Origin: a virus | Length of the DNA: 64,000 nt | IMG/VR virus record: IMGVR_UViG_3300026097_001223 | Coordinates: 96,001-160,000 of that record | Strand: one strand, 5' to 3' | Shown: one piece after another, positions 17,105 through 25,249 of the stretch | Layout: every line of letters begins with the position of its first letter | Position numbering within the stretch: the stretch's first letter is position 1 | The notes under the pieces: generated by a model | The model's input: only the letters and a program-made list of their open reading frames with translations | What the model was told of the DNA's origin: nothing | The model's database searches: none | Translations under genes and position numbers: made by a program

Positions 17105-18107
17105 TTACCTCCCCGGCTTGATTTACCACAACAACATCTTTTGTGCCACGTTTACCAAATGCTCTGGTCATAACCACTGCCAGTGGTCTGATACCACGGA
17201 TACCTAAACTGCGGCTCAGCCTGCCTTCGTTGTTTCTCAACAACCAATACATGGCATGACTTTCGGGTATATCTTTGATGTCTTTGATAACTGCATGACA
17301 TTCGATAATAATCTTATTGCCCTGTTGCACAAAATGTTGTGGCTGAAAACTTTGTATTACAATGCCGCCTTGTGGATTGATGTCAGTGCCAAAGATAGCT
17401 CGCATGGCTTCTTCGGCTGTGGGCTCAACTACAACTTCTCGACTGAGTTTAAAACTTCCGCTGGGTAATTCAATTAAATCAATGGTGCCGCGATCTACTA
17501 AGCGATCAATGATCTCTCGTGCCTTTTCGCCAAACGCACTGTCAGCACTTTCCCACGTGTCAGCATTTACTTTTTTGATACTCACTGGTAACTGTTGTGT
17601 ATCGCTTGCTAGAACAACATCTGCTTTTTTGCCGCCGGCTACATCTTTACCGCTGGCCATTACCTGAGTAACATTGTCGATGCTGAGCGTTTTACCGCGT
17701 TGATCCTTAAAGGTTACATCAGCGGAACCATACTTTTCTACAACACTTTGAATCATGCCTGCTAGTTCCATTTCGTTGGCAATGCCAGCACTTTTATCAC
17801 CCTGGACACCTGTGTCTTTTACGATGATTCTAGTTGGATCATTTTCAAATGCAATATAGCCCACACTGCTGAGACTGGGCTTGTCTTTTAAAATTTGTGG
17901 ACCTAGGTTTGGCATGTCTCGCTGAAGCAGACCTAGAACTCGTTGAAGATTGTCTTCTCGATACTGCACCTTGCCTGGGCCGTCTGGTATTTGTATCAGC
18001 ACACTAATGTTGTTGCCTTTGATCTTAAGGTTTTCGTACCCTTGTTTTTTTAAATATTCTGCAACCTGGCTGTTGGCTGCTTCTGTTAGATTGATTAAGT
18101 CTCTCAT
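17064..18107 (-). CDS. Hypothetical protein with a PD-(D/E)xK nuclease-like motif
   Basis: GKKADVVL...PVSIKK; upstream ANE motif (GIANEMELA). Confidence 0.5.
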   Translation of the reverse strand: MRDLINLTEAANSQVAEYLKKQGYENLKIKGNNISVLIQIPDGPGKVQYREDNLQRVLGLLQRDMPNLGPQILKDKPSLSSVGYIAFENDPTRIIVKDTGVQGDKSAGIANEMELAGMIQSVVEKYGSADVTFKDQRGKTLSIDNVTQVMASGKDVAGGKKADVVLASDTQQLPVSIKKVNADTWESADSAFGEKAREIIDRLVDRGTIDLIELPSGSFKLSREVVVEPTAEEAMRAIFGTDINPQGGIVIQSFQPQHFVQQGNKIIIECHAVIKDIKDIPESHAMYWLLRNNEGRLSRSLGIRGIRPLAVVMTRAFGKRGTKDVVVVNQAGEVIKEDGNPVGRALR

Positions 18108-18166
18108 TGAAAATCCATTGTGTTGTATTACTTATGGTAATTATTAAACAAAACAAAGGAATCGCA

Positions 18167-18688
18167 ATGACCCAGCCTGTTCAAGTTTACAAAGACATTT
18201 TAGACGCCGTCACCTTGGAAAACTTCAAGCAAGAAATATCACAGAGCAACTTGAATTTTTCTCAGGAATACCCTAACAGGCTGTTGACCACAACAGACCA
18301 CACAGCCTGGTTGATCAATACCTTTCAATCTCTGCTTGATGAAATACAACCTTATACAGAACACAGTCACGTTCAACAGGCCTTTATAGGCTACGAGCTT
18401 CCTGAATGTGTGTTTTCGATACACAGAAGTCATCCTGCTATTGCTGGAGTAGTACATGTGAGTCTGGAAGATCATCCAATGAATAGCTTGATTTGTTTAA
18501 CAGACAGCCTGGATAATCCTGATGACTATCTCTGGGGATTAGGGAACTATTCAGCTGACAGCTATGAATTTGTTGCTAACAGTGCTATTGTAGTGAAAAA
18601 CACAGAGCCGAGATATCATTGGGGATTTCGATTGCCAATCGGTCCTAACACTGTCAAACGAGGCGTTTGGTTTTACCTTGGCAAGTAG
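18167..18688 (+). CDS. Degenerate 2OG-Fe(II)-oxygenase-like protein
   Basis: SD AAAGGA; FIGYELPECVFSIH...YHWG...KRGVWF parallels the converging neighbour. Confidence 0.45.
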   Translation: MTQPVQVYKDILDAVTLENFKQEISQSNLNFSQEYPNRLLTTTDHTAWLINTFQSLLDEIQPYTEHSHVQQAFIGYELPECVFSIHRSHPAIAGVVHVSLEDHPMNSLICLTDSLDNPDDYLWGLGNYSADSYEFVANSAIVVKNTEPRYHWGFRLPIGPNTVKRGVWFYLGK

Positions 18689-19201
18689 TTAAACAAACTG
18701 AAACCCAATGCTGGTTCTATAACCATTTGTTAAGAATCCGCTTTGGTGTGTTTTTAGATTTGCATTGAGATTGAAATATCCGCAGTTTTGTTGATATTTC
18801 ACAGTATGAGTAATTGGTTCCATGAAGGTAGTGCCAGGTATAGGATGATTGCTCTTCATCAGATACACCTGGCTCATTATTGATATGTCAGTGGCATCGC
18901 GATGTCTAGGTACTTCACTGCCAGGCAAATCCAAAAACAATTTTGCTTTGCGGTATTCAACATCCAGTCCAGTGGTCTGTCTACACAGTTCTGCCATTTC
19001 AAGTCCGAGATCTCTAAAAGGATCTTCGTCGTTGCTCACAGGATAACTCATTCTAGCTAGACGACGGTCCATGTGCCAATGATAGCCGTGTTCAAAAAAT
19101 GTGTCTAGCCAGGCCAAAGTTTCTTCGGTGAATACACTGTTGATTTCCCACAGTGTATCAAATGGTATGTTGACGTCGATGTCAGGGTTCAAATACTGCA
19201 T
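18689..19201 (-). CDS. 2OG-Fe(II) oxygenase-like protein
   Basis: LFLDLPGSEVPRHRD...QVYL...GTTF...NCGYF...THQ...YRTSI; TAAATA 6 nt upstream. Confidence 0.65.
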   Translation of the reverse strand: MQYLNPDIDVNIPFDTLWEINSVFTEETLAWLDTFFEHGYHWHMDRRLARMSYPVSNDEDPFRDLGLEMAELCRQTTGLDVEYRKAKLFLDLPGSEVPRHRDATDISIMSQVYLMKSNHPIPGTTFMEPITHTVKYQQNCGYFNLNANLKTHQSGFLTNGYRTSIGFQFV

Positions 19202-19227
19202 AATGAATATTTAAACCGTTTTACAAT

Positions 19228-19356
19228 TCAATAAAAATCTTTATACTTGGTAGACATTAGCTCGCGAACACCGTCGTAGTCACCTTGATTTGCTAGTTCT
19301 TTGCATTCCAGTGCAATTGCTATGCTCTTGCAAAAATTAACGAGATAGGTTATCAT
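19228..19356 (-). CDS. 42-aa small protein (not in the ORF track)
   Basis: MITYLVNFCKSIAIALECKELANQGDYDGVRELMSTKYKDFY with SD AAAGGA 4 nt upstream. Confidence 0.55.
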   Translation of the reverse strand: MITYLVNFCKSIAIALECKELANQGDYDGVRELMSTKYKDFY

Positions 19357-19519
19357 AATATCCTTTGTTGTTGGCGTATTGTTTTTGTAACCACTCAACC
19401 TGTTCCAAGCTGTCTGGCTTGTGGCTGAGAATATATTTTTCTAGATCTGTGAGTTTTTTCTTTTTTGGTGTATGCTCGATTGGAAAAAACAATCCTTGTA
19501 AAAAGTCAATCATCGCCAT
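19337..19519 (-). CDS. Small protein, DUF3563-like
   Basis: Start MAMIDF with SD AAGGAG; LEKYILSHKPDSLEQVEWLQKQY. Confidence 0.55.
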   Translation of the reverse strand: MAMIDFLQGLFFPIEHTPKKKKLTDLEKYILSHKPDSLEQVEWLQKQYANNKGYYDNLSR

Positions 19520-19704
19520 GCTCCTTCTAATAGGTTTTTTGCATATTCGTGATACCCGTGACGAGCCAGTTGTGATGCCGCTCTGCAACGACCATACCAT
19601 TCAAGTTGGCGGTAAAGTCTTTTGGCAAATCTTCGGCACTTGATTTGAAAAACAGGACGACGAAATGCCACGTCGTTTGTGCTGCTTTGTATGCTTTGTT
19701 CCAT
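19510..19704 (-). CDS. Small basic protein
   Basis: SD AAAGGA; GRCRAASQLARHGYHEYAKNLL; TAAATA at 19742-19747 (minus). Confidence 0.6.
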   Translation of the reverse strand: MEQSIQSSTNDVAFRRPVFQIKCRRFAKRLYRQLEWYGRCRAASQLARHGYHEYAKNLLEGAWR

Positions 19705-19817
19705 TGTGTAGAATCCTTTGTGGTTGTCTTTTAGACAGTGCTATTTATTGCAGTGCAACAATAATACTAAACTTTCGTAGAAAAAACAAATTTTTCTATA
19801 TCTTTTAGAAAAAAAGG

Positions 19818-19846
19818 TTGACCATACTGTGCATCGACCGTATACT
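19818..19846 (+). promoter_or_regulatory. Sigma70-type early promoter
   Basis: A-tract, then TTGACC-17-TATACT. Confidence 0.75.
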
Positions 19847-19872
19847 AATAATGTGAGTTAAGGAGAAAGGCA

Positions 19873-20070
19873 ATGAGTGACAAAATTGAAATTTTAAAAG
19901 AGGTCACACCCGGCCTTCCGCAAAACGTATACTATGTTCAGGGCACAAGTCTTGTTGCTTTCTACCCTGAGGGCGACAAAGATGCGTTTCGTATCTATAA
20001 AACACCGCTGAAGCATTTTTCCAAGCGGTACCGCAAATTTGAAACAATTGCAAAGGTGAATGCACTATGA
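19873..20070 (+). CDS. Hypothetical early protein
   Basis: SD AAGGAG downstream of the early promoter. Confidence 0.65.
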   Translation: MSDKIEILKEVTPGLPQNVYYVQGTSLVAFYPEGDKDAFRIYKTPLKHFSKRYRKFETIAKVNAL

Positions 20071-20411
20071 TGTTGAAGTATCAAAATCTTGCCAAAGTTG
20101 GTGACACAATTCGTGCTTACGACTTTATGGGTCGCAAAGACGCATATATTCAGGGCACAGTAGTTGACAAAGGACCAGTCAAAAACGAGGACGGTGCTTA
20201 CATGCTGTTTGATGGGTACACAATTCAAATCGAAAAAGACGGTGCCGAGTTTGGTCGTGAAGGCGATATTGGGTATATCCCATTTGAAACGTCAATGGAT
20301 TATGACAATCGTGTTGAGCTAGTCGACTGGGATAATCGTGCCGAAGAAGAGTTGGCAATCCAGATGATGAAAGAACTCAACGCAGAACAGAACTGTATGG
20401 TGAACGTATGA
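20067..20411 (+). CDS. Hypothetical early protein
   Basis: Coupled ORF; KVGDTIRAYDF...YIQGTVV beta-rich. Confidence 0.65.
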   Translation: MMLKYQNLAKVGDTIRAYDFMGRKDAYIQGTVVDKGPVKNEDGAYMLFDGYTIQIEKDGAEFGREGDIGYIPFETSMDYDNRVELVDWDNRAEEELAIQMMKELNAEQNCMVNV

Positions 20412-20632
20412 AAAATTTTGCAATGTTTACTCCGGAAGGAGATCAATTGGTAAGACGTATTGCGGATGCAGCAATCACCATGATCAATAACGGTGACTTT
20501 ACCAAGTCCGAAGCGTATGACTTTGTGTTTCGCAAGTTGCGTCTATTGTCAAACAGCGACATGTTTGGTGAAGCAGGTGATACAGCAGTGCGTGAGTGTG
20601 TTTTATTTGCAATAGACAAGGGGTATGCATGA
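20408..20632 (+). CDS. Hypothetical early protein
   Basis: ATGA-coupled ORF. Confidence 0.6.
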   Translation: MKNFAMFTPEGDQLVRRIADAAITMINNGDFTKSEAYDFVFRKLRLLSNSDMFGEAGDTAVRECVLFAIDKGYA

Positions 20633-20793
20633 TGTTAGCACCAGTTTTTTGGTTAGTTGCAGTTGTGTTAGCTGCGCTGCAATTTTTTATAGGACATAAT
20701 GTATTACTCACACTGTGTGCATTTGCTTTCTGGGGGCTGGGTGCTGTTAGTTTGGTATACAAAATGAGACAAGCCATCTACGAGGAGAAGTAG
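20629..20793 (+). CDS. Small two-TM membrane protein
   Basis: ATGA overlap; two hydrophobic segments. Confidence 0.5.
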   Translation: MMLAPVFWLVAVVLAALQFFIGHNVLLTLCAFAFWGLGAVSLVYKMRQAIYEEK

Positions 20794-20794
20794 C

Positions 20795-21001
20795 ATGTAT
20801 AATTTGTCAGTTCTTGAAGACTACTGCGAACAGTTGCGATCTGATGCAGAACGCAAGGTAGAGTGGACACTGAGCGATCACATCTCGCTGGAACGAGCAG
20901 TGCGTGTTCGCAACAGTTTGTATGCTATAGCAGACGAAATTGAAGAAGTTATTGCAGGTATTCGGGTAGCCGATAAGTATCTGCATGAAGATGACTCGTA
21001 A
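20795..21001 (+). CDS. Hypothetical protein
   Basis: SD GAGGAG; in the operon. Confidence 0.55.
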   Translation: MYNLSVLEDYCEQLRSDAERKVEWTLSDHISLERAVRVRNSLYAIADEIEEVIAGIRVADKYLHEDDS

Positions 21002-21431
21002 CAGAACTGTAGCGGCACTTTTTGCAGCTATAGCAGTTTACTTTTTTGTTTACAGCTTTCAATATCAACTAGGCAGTGCCAGTAGAATGGGCCCTGCCTA
21101 TTTTCCTATTATGACCAGTGTAAGTTTGTTTGCTGTGGCTGTGTGCATATGGCTGTTTGAAAACGATCATGCACCAGCCAGATTTGAATGGGACGTTTTC
21201 TCCGCAGGAGTGCCCATTGGTGCTATTTTGGTATTTGCAGTCAATCTTGAATTTCTCGGTTTTGCAATAACCACAATGTTGGTAACTCTGCTTACTGCTG
21301 TGAGCAAAGAAAACAGAAACCTACCACTCACACTGGGCACAGGCATTTTTCTAGTTGGCCTAGGTTGGGGAGTTTTTGTAAAGTTTCTTGATGTGTATCT
21401 GCCCATGTGGCCTGCTTTTTTATGGAATTAA
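20985..21431 (+). CDS. tctB: Tripartite tricarboxylate transporter small membrane subunit TctB
   Basis: LGSASRMGPAYFP; four TMs; LGFAITT...VFVKFLDVYLPMWP; directly upstream of tctA. Confidence 0.8.
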   Translation: MKMTRNRTVAALFAAIAVYFFVYSFQYQLGSASRMGPAYFPIMTSVSLFAVAVCIWLFENDHAPARFEWDVFSAGVPIGAILVFAVNLEFLGFAITTMLVTLLTAVSKENRNLPLTLGTGIFLVGLGWGVFVKFLDVYLPMWPAFLWN

Positions 21432-22918
21432 TTGACAACTTATATCTAGGATTTGCAACTGCACTCAGTGTTGAAAATATTTTCTACTGTTTTGTGGGTG
21501 TGTTTTTAGGCACCGCTGTGGGTGTTTTGCCTGGCCTCGGACCGCTGGCTGCAATAACCATGCTGTTGCCACTTACATACAGTTTCAATGATCCAAGCAG
21601 TGCTATTATCATGCTTGCTGGCATCTACTATGGGTGTCAGTATGGAGGAAGCACTGCCGCAATTCTAGCAAACATTCCCGGCGAAAGCAGTGCAGTGGTC
21701 ACTGTGGTAGACGGTTATCAAATGACCAAACAGGGTAGAGCTGGCACTGCACTGGTAACAGCGGCACTGAGCAGTTTTTTTGCTGGCACTGTTGCTACAC
21801 TGTTTATTGCTGTTGGTGCACCTGCTCTAGCCGAGGTAGCATTTGCGTTCGGTCCGCCTGACTATTTCAGTCTCATGTTTCTGGGACTTATACTGGCAGT
21901 GGCATTGAGCACAGGCAGTGTGCTAAAAAGTCTAGCAATGGTGATATTTGGTGTACTGATCGGTCTTATTGGCACAGACGTTACCACAGGCGTTGCACGA
22001 TTTGATTGGGGTGTACCAGAACTGTTCGATGGCATTCCATTTGTGGTAATTGCAATGGGACTGTTTGGTTTTGCTGAAATCATGTACAACCTTGAAAATC
22101 CACATGTGCGACAATCACTGAATAATCAACAGCCCACTCTTAGGTTATCTAACAAAGAACTCAGGCGAGCCGCTCCGGCAACAGTTAAAGGCACTGTGGT
22201 CGGTAGCTTTCTTGGACTGTTGCCAGGCAGTGGAGGAATCATTGCTAGCTTTGCTGCCTATGCATTAGAAAAAAGAACCAACAAAAAACATCACAGTGAA
22301 TTTGGTAAAGGCGCAATCGAAGGTGTAGCAGCTCCCGAAAGTGCAAACAATGCTGGCAGTCAAACCAGCTTCATTCCCATGCTGGTATTGGGTATACCTA
22401 CTACTCCTATCATGGCACTGATGATAGCCGCACTCTTAATACACCATGTAGTGCCTGGTCCTCAGATAGTCAGCACCAATCCCGAAGTTTTTTGGGGATT
22501 GATTGCCAGTATGTGGATAGGCAATCTGCTGTTGCTGGTTTTGAATCTGCCGTTGATTGGTATTTGGATACGCATGTTAAATATAAGTTATAATATACTG
22601 TACCCAATTATACTGATATTTGCATGCCTGGGCGTGTATGTGGTCACCAGCAATGTTGTTCATGTATTAATGACCGTTCCTTTTGCAGTGCTGGGTTATC
22701 TGTTTAAAAAATGGGAATGTGAACCCGCGCCATTGATGATGGGATTCATAGTAGGAGCAGCCATGGAAGAACATCTACGCAGGGCCATGACCATCAGCAA
22801 AGGTGATTGGATGGTATTTGTGGAAAGACCTATCAGCGCCACACTGTTGGCTATCGCAACAGCATCTTTGGTTGTTGTGGCAATTTACGTTGCAAGGAGA
22901 GTGCGTGTACATTCGTGA
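21422..22918 (+). CDS. tctA: Tripartite tricarboxylate transporter large subunit TctA
   Basis: GVLPGLG, GIYYGCQYGGS, NIPGE...DGY, G.LPG.GG, APESANNA, LGIPTT; start MELIDN. Confidence 0.93.
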   Translation: MELIDNLYLGFATALSVENIFYCFVGVFLGTAVGVLPGLGPLAAITMLLPLTYSFNDPSSAIIMLAGIYYGCQYGGSTAAILANIPGESSAVVTVVDGYQMTKQGRAGTALVTAALSSFFAGTVATLFIAVGAPALAEVAFAFGPPDYFSLMFLGLILAVALSTGSVLKSLAMVIFGVLIGLIGTDVTTGVARFDWGVPELFDGIPFVVIAMGLFGFAEIMYNLENPHVRQSLNNQQPTLRLSNKELRRAAPATVKGTVVGSFLGLLPGSGGIIASFAAYALEKRTNKKHHSEFGKGAIEGVAAPESANNAGSQTSFIPMLVLGIPTTPIMALMIAALLIHHVVPGPQIVSTNPEVFWGLIASMWIGNLLLLVLNLPLIGIWIRMLNISYNILYPIILIFACLGVYVVTSNVVHVLMTVPFAVLGYLFKKWECEPAPLMMGFIVGAAMEEHLRRAMTISKGDWMVFVERPISATLLAIATASLVVVAIYVARRVRVHS

Positions 22919-23750
22919 AAAAAACGGCATAGATGATCTGTACGGATACAGTGTTGGCACGGTGTTAAATGATTGCGGACATGACGACAGTAAATTGATT
23001 GCAATGCTTATCCAAAAGGCAATGCGCGACTACAATGTCAATGTATGGTTATGTGATTTCACTGTGAAAAATTTACTTGAATATTCGCAGGCACAAGAAC
23101 GGTGCGGCGTAGCACAGGTGTATAATAATTACATTAATGATTTTATCCTAGGAAACAACTATACTCCCAGGCAATATGAATACCCGGCAGATTATGTAAT
23201 GGGTGCACAAGAGTTCGACGAAAGTGTTAGATTTTACAATGCTACAAAGTTTGCATATTTTTTAGAAAATCCTATCGACAAGTTCCGTGTACCGATTGCT
23301 TATAGTTATGGCGACAATAACACACTGTTAAGACACCCAGGTAACACACGCTACATGTCAATGATGGCAATGCCAGACAATACAGGTGTGCAATTGTTGA
23401 TTACGGATTTTGTAAAAAATAAACAGATTTTAGAACATGCAAAAGCACAGTGCACTAACTGTGTTAATCTTGCTGAGTGCACTGCACAAGAAATAGTTGA
23501 ACTATTTGATTTTAGTACGTACCACGGATTAAGTGTGCGATATAGTAATCTTGTAGGAATACAAGTGGTAGAATCTCACAGCCGATTAACAGAATTTTAC
23601 GAGCCTTTTATTATTTCTTACACTGGTTCTGAATTGTATGTTAACAAAACCTTGGTCGCACAATTACGTGTCGGTGAAAAAAATCATAAAGATTATTTTT
23701 ATATGCCTGGCACAAAACATGACTATTTGCAAATGGAATATGAGTTTTAA
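22905..23750 (+). CDS. Hypothetical protein
   Basis: GTG at 22905 preceded by AGGAG; AT-rich ORF. Confidence 0.55.
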   Translation: MYIREKNGIDDLYGYSVGTVLNDCGHDDSKLIAMLIQKAMRDYNVNVWLCDFTVKNLLEYSQAQERCGVAQVYNNYINDFILGNNYTPRQYEYPADYVMGAQEFDESVRFYNATKFAYFLENPIDKFRVPIAYSYGDNNTLLRHPGNTRYMSMMAMPDNTGVQLLITDFVKNKQILEHAKAQCTNCVNLAECTAQEIVELFDFSTYHGLSVRYSNLVGIQVVESHSRLTEFYEPFIISYTGSELYVNKTLVAQLRVGEKNHKDYFYMPGTKHDYLQMEYEF

Positions 23751-24912
23751 ATTTTTTATACCCAATGGCAAACTACTTCGGCAATCCATTGTGCCACAAT
23801 TTAATTTTTTAGATACACTTGAGTATTTGAACATTGAGTATACTGTAACCAATAGGCCAGAATCTGACAGTATTCTTTTAATTGTGCCGCTAAATGAAAT
23901 ACAAATTCGAGGCAACGACCACTGGGTCGAAGGCATAAAAAAATATTTCACAGATCATTCTTGGTCAGGTCCGGTGCTGATTTGGTACCCCGAGGAGCAG
24001 TTTGATTGGATATCCGGCGGACATATTTTAAATGAAATTGTAAAAAAGCTAGGTTATCCAAAACACAATGTTTTTTACGTTAGCGGAGATAAAACACCAG
24101 TTGAATCGGCTAACCTAGCTAGCGACAATGTTTTGTATTTTCCTTACTTTGCTTATCGTATATCAAGATTAACTGCTCCAACAAGCAAACAACTCAAGTC
24201 TGCTCAAAAATCTTTTATTTGTCCAATATGGCATGCGAGACCAGCAAGGCAATATCTACTGCATTATCTTTATAAAAATAATTTTTTAGATAAAGGATAC
24301 GTAAGCTTTGGGAGAAATAAGTATTCCACATTGGAGGTTTTAAAACAGTATTCCAGCAAATACTTACCAGCCAGCGAGCTAGAGCAAATTGCGGAAACCA
24401 TGACTCTGTTTTTGCCATTGGAAGAAAACAATTTTACTCCGCAATATCAATTGACAATCGATGACTCGGGTATGAGTCAAGACAAGGCATGGAGTCATCA
24501 GTGGTTGTTAGATCAATTGTATCCTTATATGAGATCCACAAAGGTTTATATTTCGCCGGAATCCGGGTGGAATTGGCAAGGGGACTTACCACACCCTACA
24601 GGATTTCTCACTGAAAAAACTTTTTTCGCTGTGTTAAGCAGAATGCCGTTTTTAATTCATGGCGAAAAACATTTAATAAAAACCATGCAAGATCTTGGCT
24701 ATGAAACATTTTCGGATCATGTAGATGAAAGCTACGATGAACACGACAGTATTCATCAACGTACATTGGCAATGCTCGATTCACTTAATCAATTTTGTGA
24801 TATTAGTGACATATCAGTGTTCGATGATATTGTCGAACACAATTACAATGTGCTGTTAACCAGCGACTATAAATCTATGTTAACTACTCAATTAGAAAAA
24901 ATACAGCCTTAA
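23740..24912 (+). CDS. Putative glycosyltransferase-like protein, paralog of 4155-5372
   Basis: FLTEKTFFAVLSRMPFLIHG...LGYETFSDHVDESYDE. Confidence 0.5.
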   Translation: MSFKFFIPNGKLLRQSIVPQFNFLDTLEYLNIEYTVTNRPESDSILLIVPLNEIQIRGNDHWVEGIKKYFTDHSWSGPVLIWYPEEQFDWISGGHILNEIVKKLGYPKHNVFYVSGDKTPVESANLASDNVLYFPYFAYRISRLTAPTSKQLKSAQKSFICPIWHARPARQYLLHYLYKNNFLDKGYVSFGRNKYSTLEVLKQYSSKYLPASELEQIAETMTLFLPLEENNFTPQYQLTIDDSGMSQDKAWSHQWLLDQLYPYMRSTKVYISPESGWNWQGDLPHPTGFLTEKTFFAVLSRMPFLIHGEKHLIKTMQDLGYETFSDHVDESYDEHDSIHQRTLAMLDSLNQFCDISDISVFDDIVEHNYNVLLTSDYKSMLTTQLEKIQP

Positions 24913-24916
24913 TTGG

Positions 24917-24944
24917 TTGACAAACAAGTTGTTTAGTGTAAACT
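24917..24944 (+). promoter_or_regulatory. Sigma70-type promoter for the tRNA-riboswitch-btuB operon
   Basis: TTGACA-16-TAAACT, 11 nt before the tRNA. Confidence 0.6.
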
Positions 24945-24955
24945 ATAAACAAGTT

Positions 24956-25032
24956 GGACCTATAGCTCAGTTGGTTAGAGCAGTGAACTCATAATTCATT
25001 GGCCCCTGGTTCGAGTCCAGGTGGGTCCACCA
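24956..25032 (+). tRNA. tRNA with CAU anticodon, most likely tRNA-Ile2 (lysidine type)
   Basis: Cloverleaf GGACCTA/TGGGTCC, loop CTCATAA, TTCGAGT, encoded CCA. C4-G69 and C5-G68 fit Ile2; elongator Met is not excluded. Confidence 0.85.
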
Positions 25033-25080
25033 ACTTATTCATAGCTGCAACTCGTAGTGCATAACTAAAACTAGGTACAG

Positions 25081-25249
25081 TTGAGGTCACCGTGAACATA
25101 GAGATTCATGGGTAATCGGGGAAGCAGTAAATCTGCACTGGCCTTGCAACGGTAGAGCGACACTGGGTCGCGAGTCCGAATGCCGTCCTCAATATTCTGG
25201 TACCGCAGAGCACAAGGTACTGCTCTGACAACTTACAAAAAGGTACACA
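25081..25249 (+). ncRNA. Cobalamin riboswitch, class II (AdoCbl-variant-like), with expression platform
   Basis: P1 TTGAGG/CCTCAA; GGGAA; GCAG-TAAA-TCTGC; ACTG...GCAACGGT; GAGTCCGAATGCC; loop CCTTG (25142-46) complementary to CAAGG (25213-17) in the downstream hairpin loop; lies directly upstream of a BtuB-like gene. Confidence 0.9.

Noticed and set aside
24956-25032. Initiator tRNA-fMet call
   Set aside because: G1-C72 is paired and the three G-C anticodon-stem pairs are absent.
25206-25240. Transcription terminator in the riboswitch platform
   Set aside because: The hairpin is not followed by a U-tract; it fits a kissing-loop partner better.
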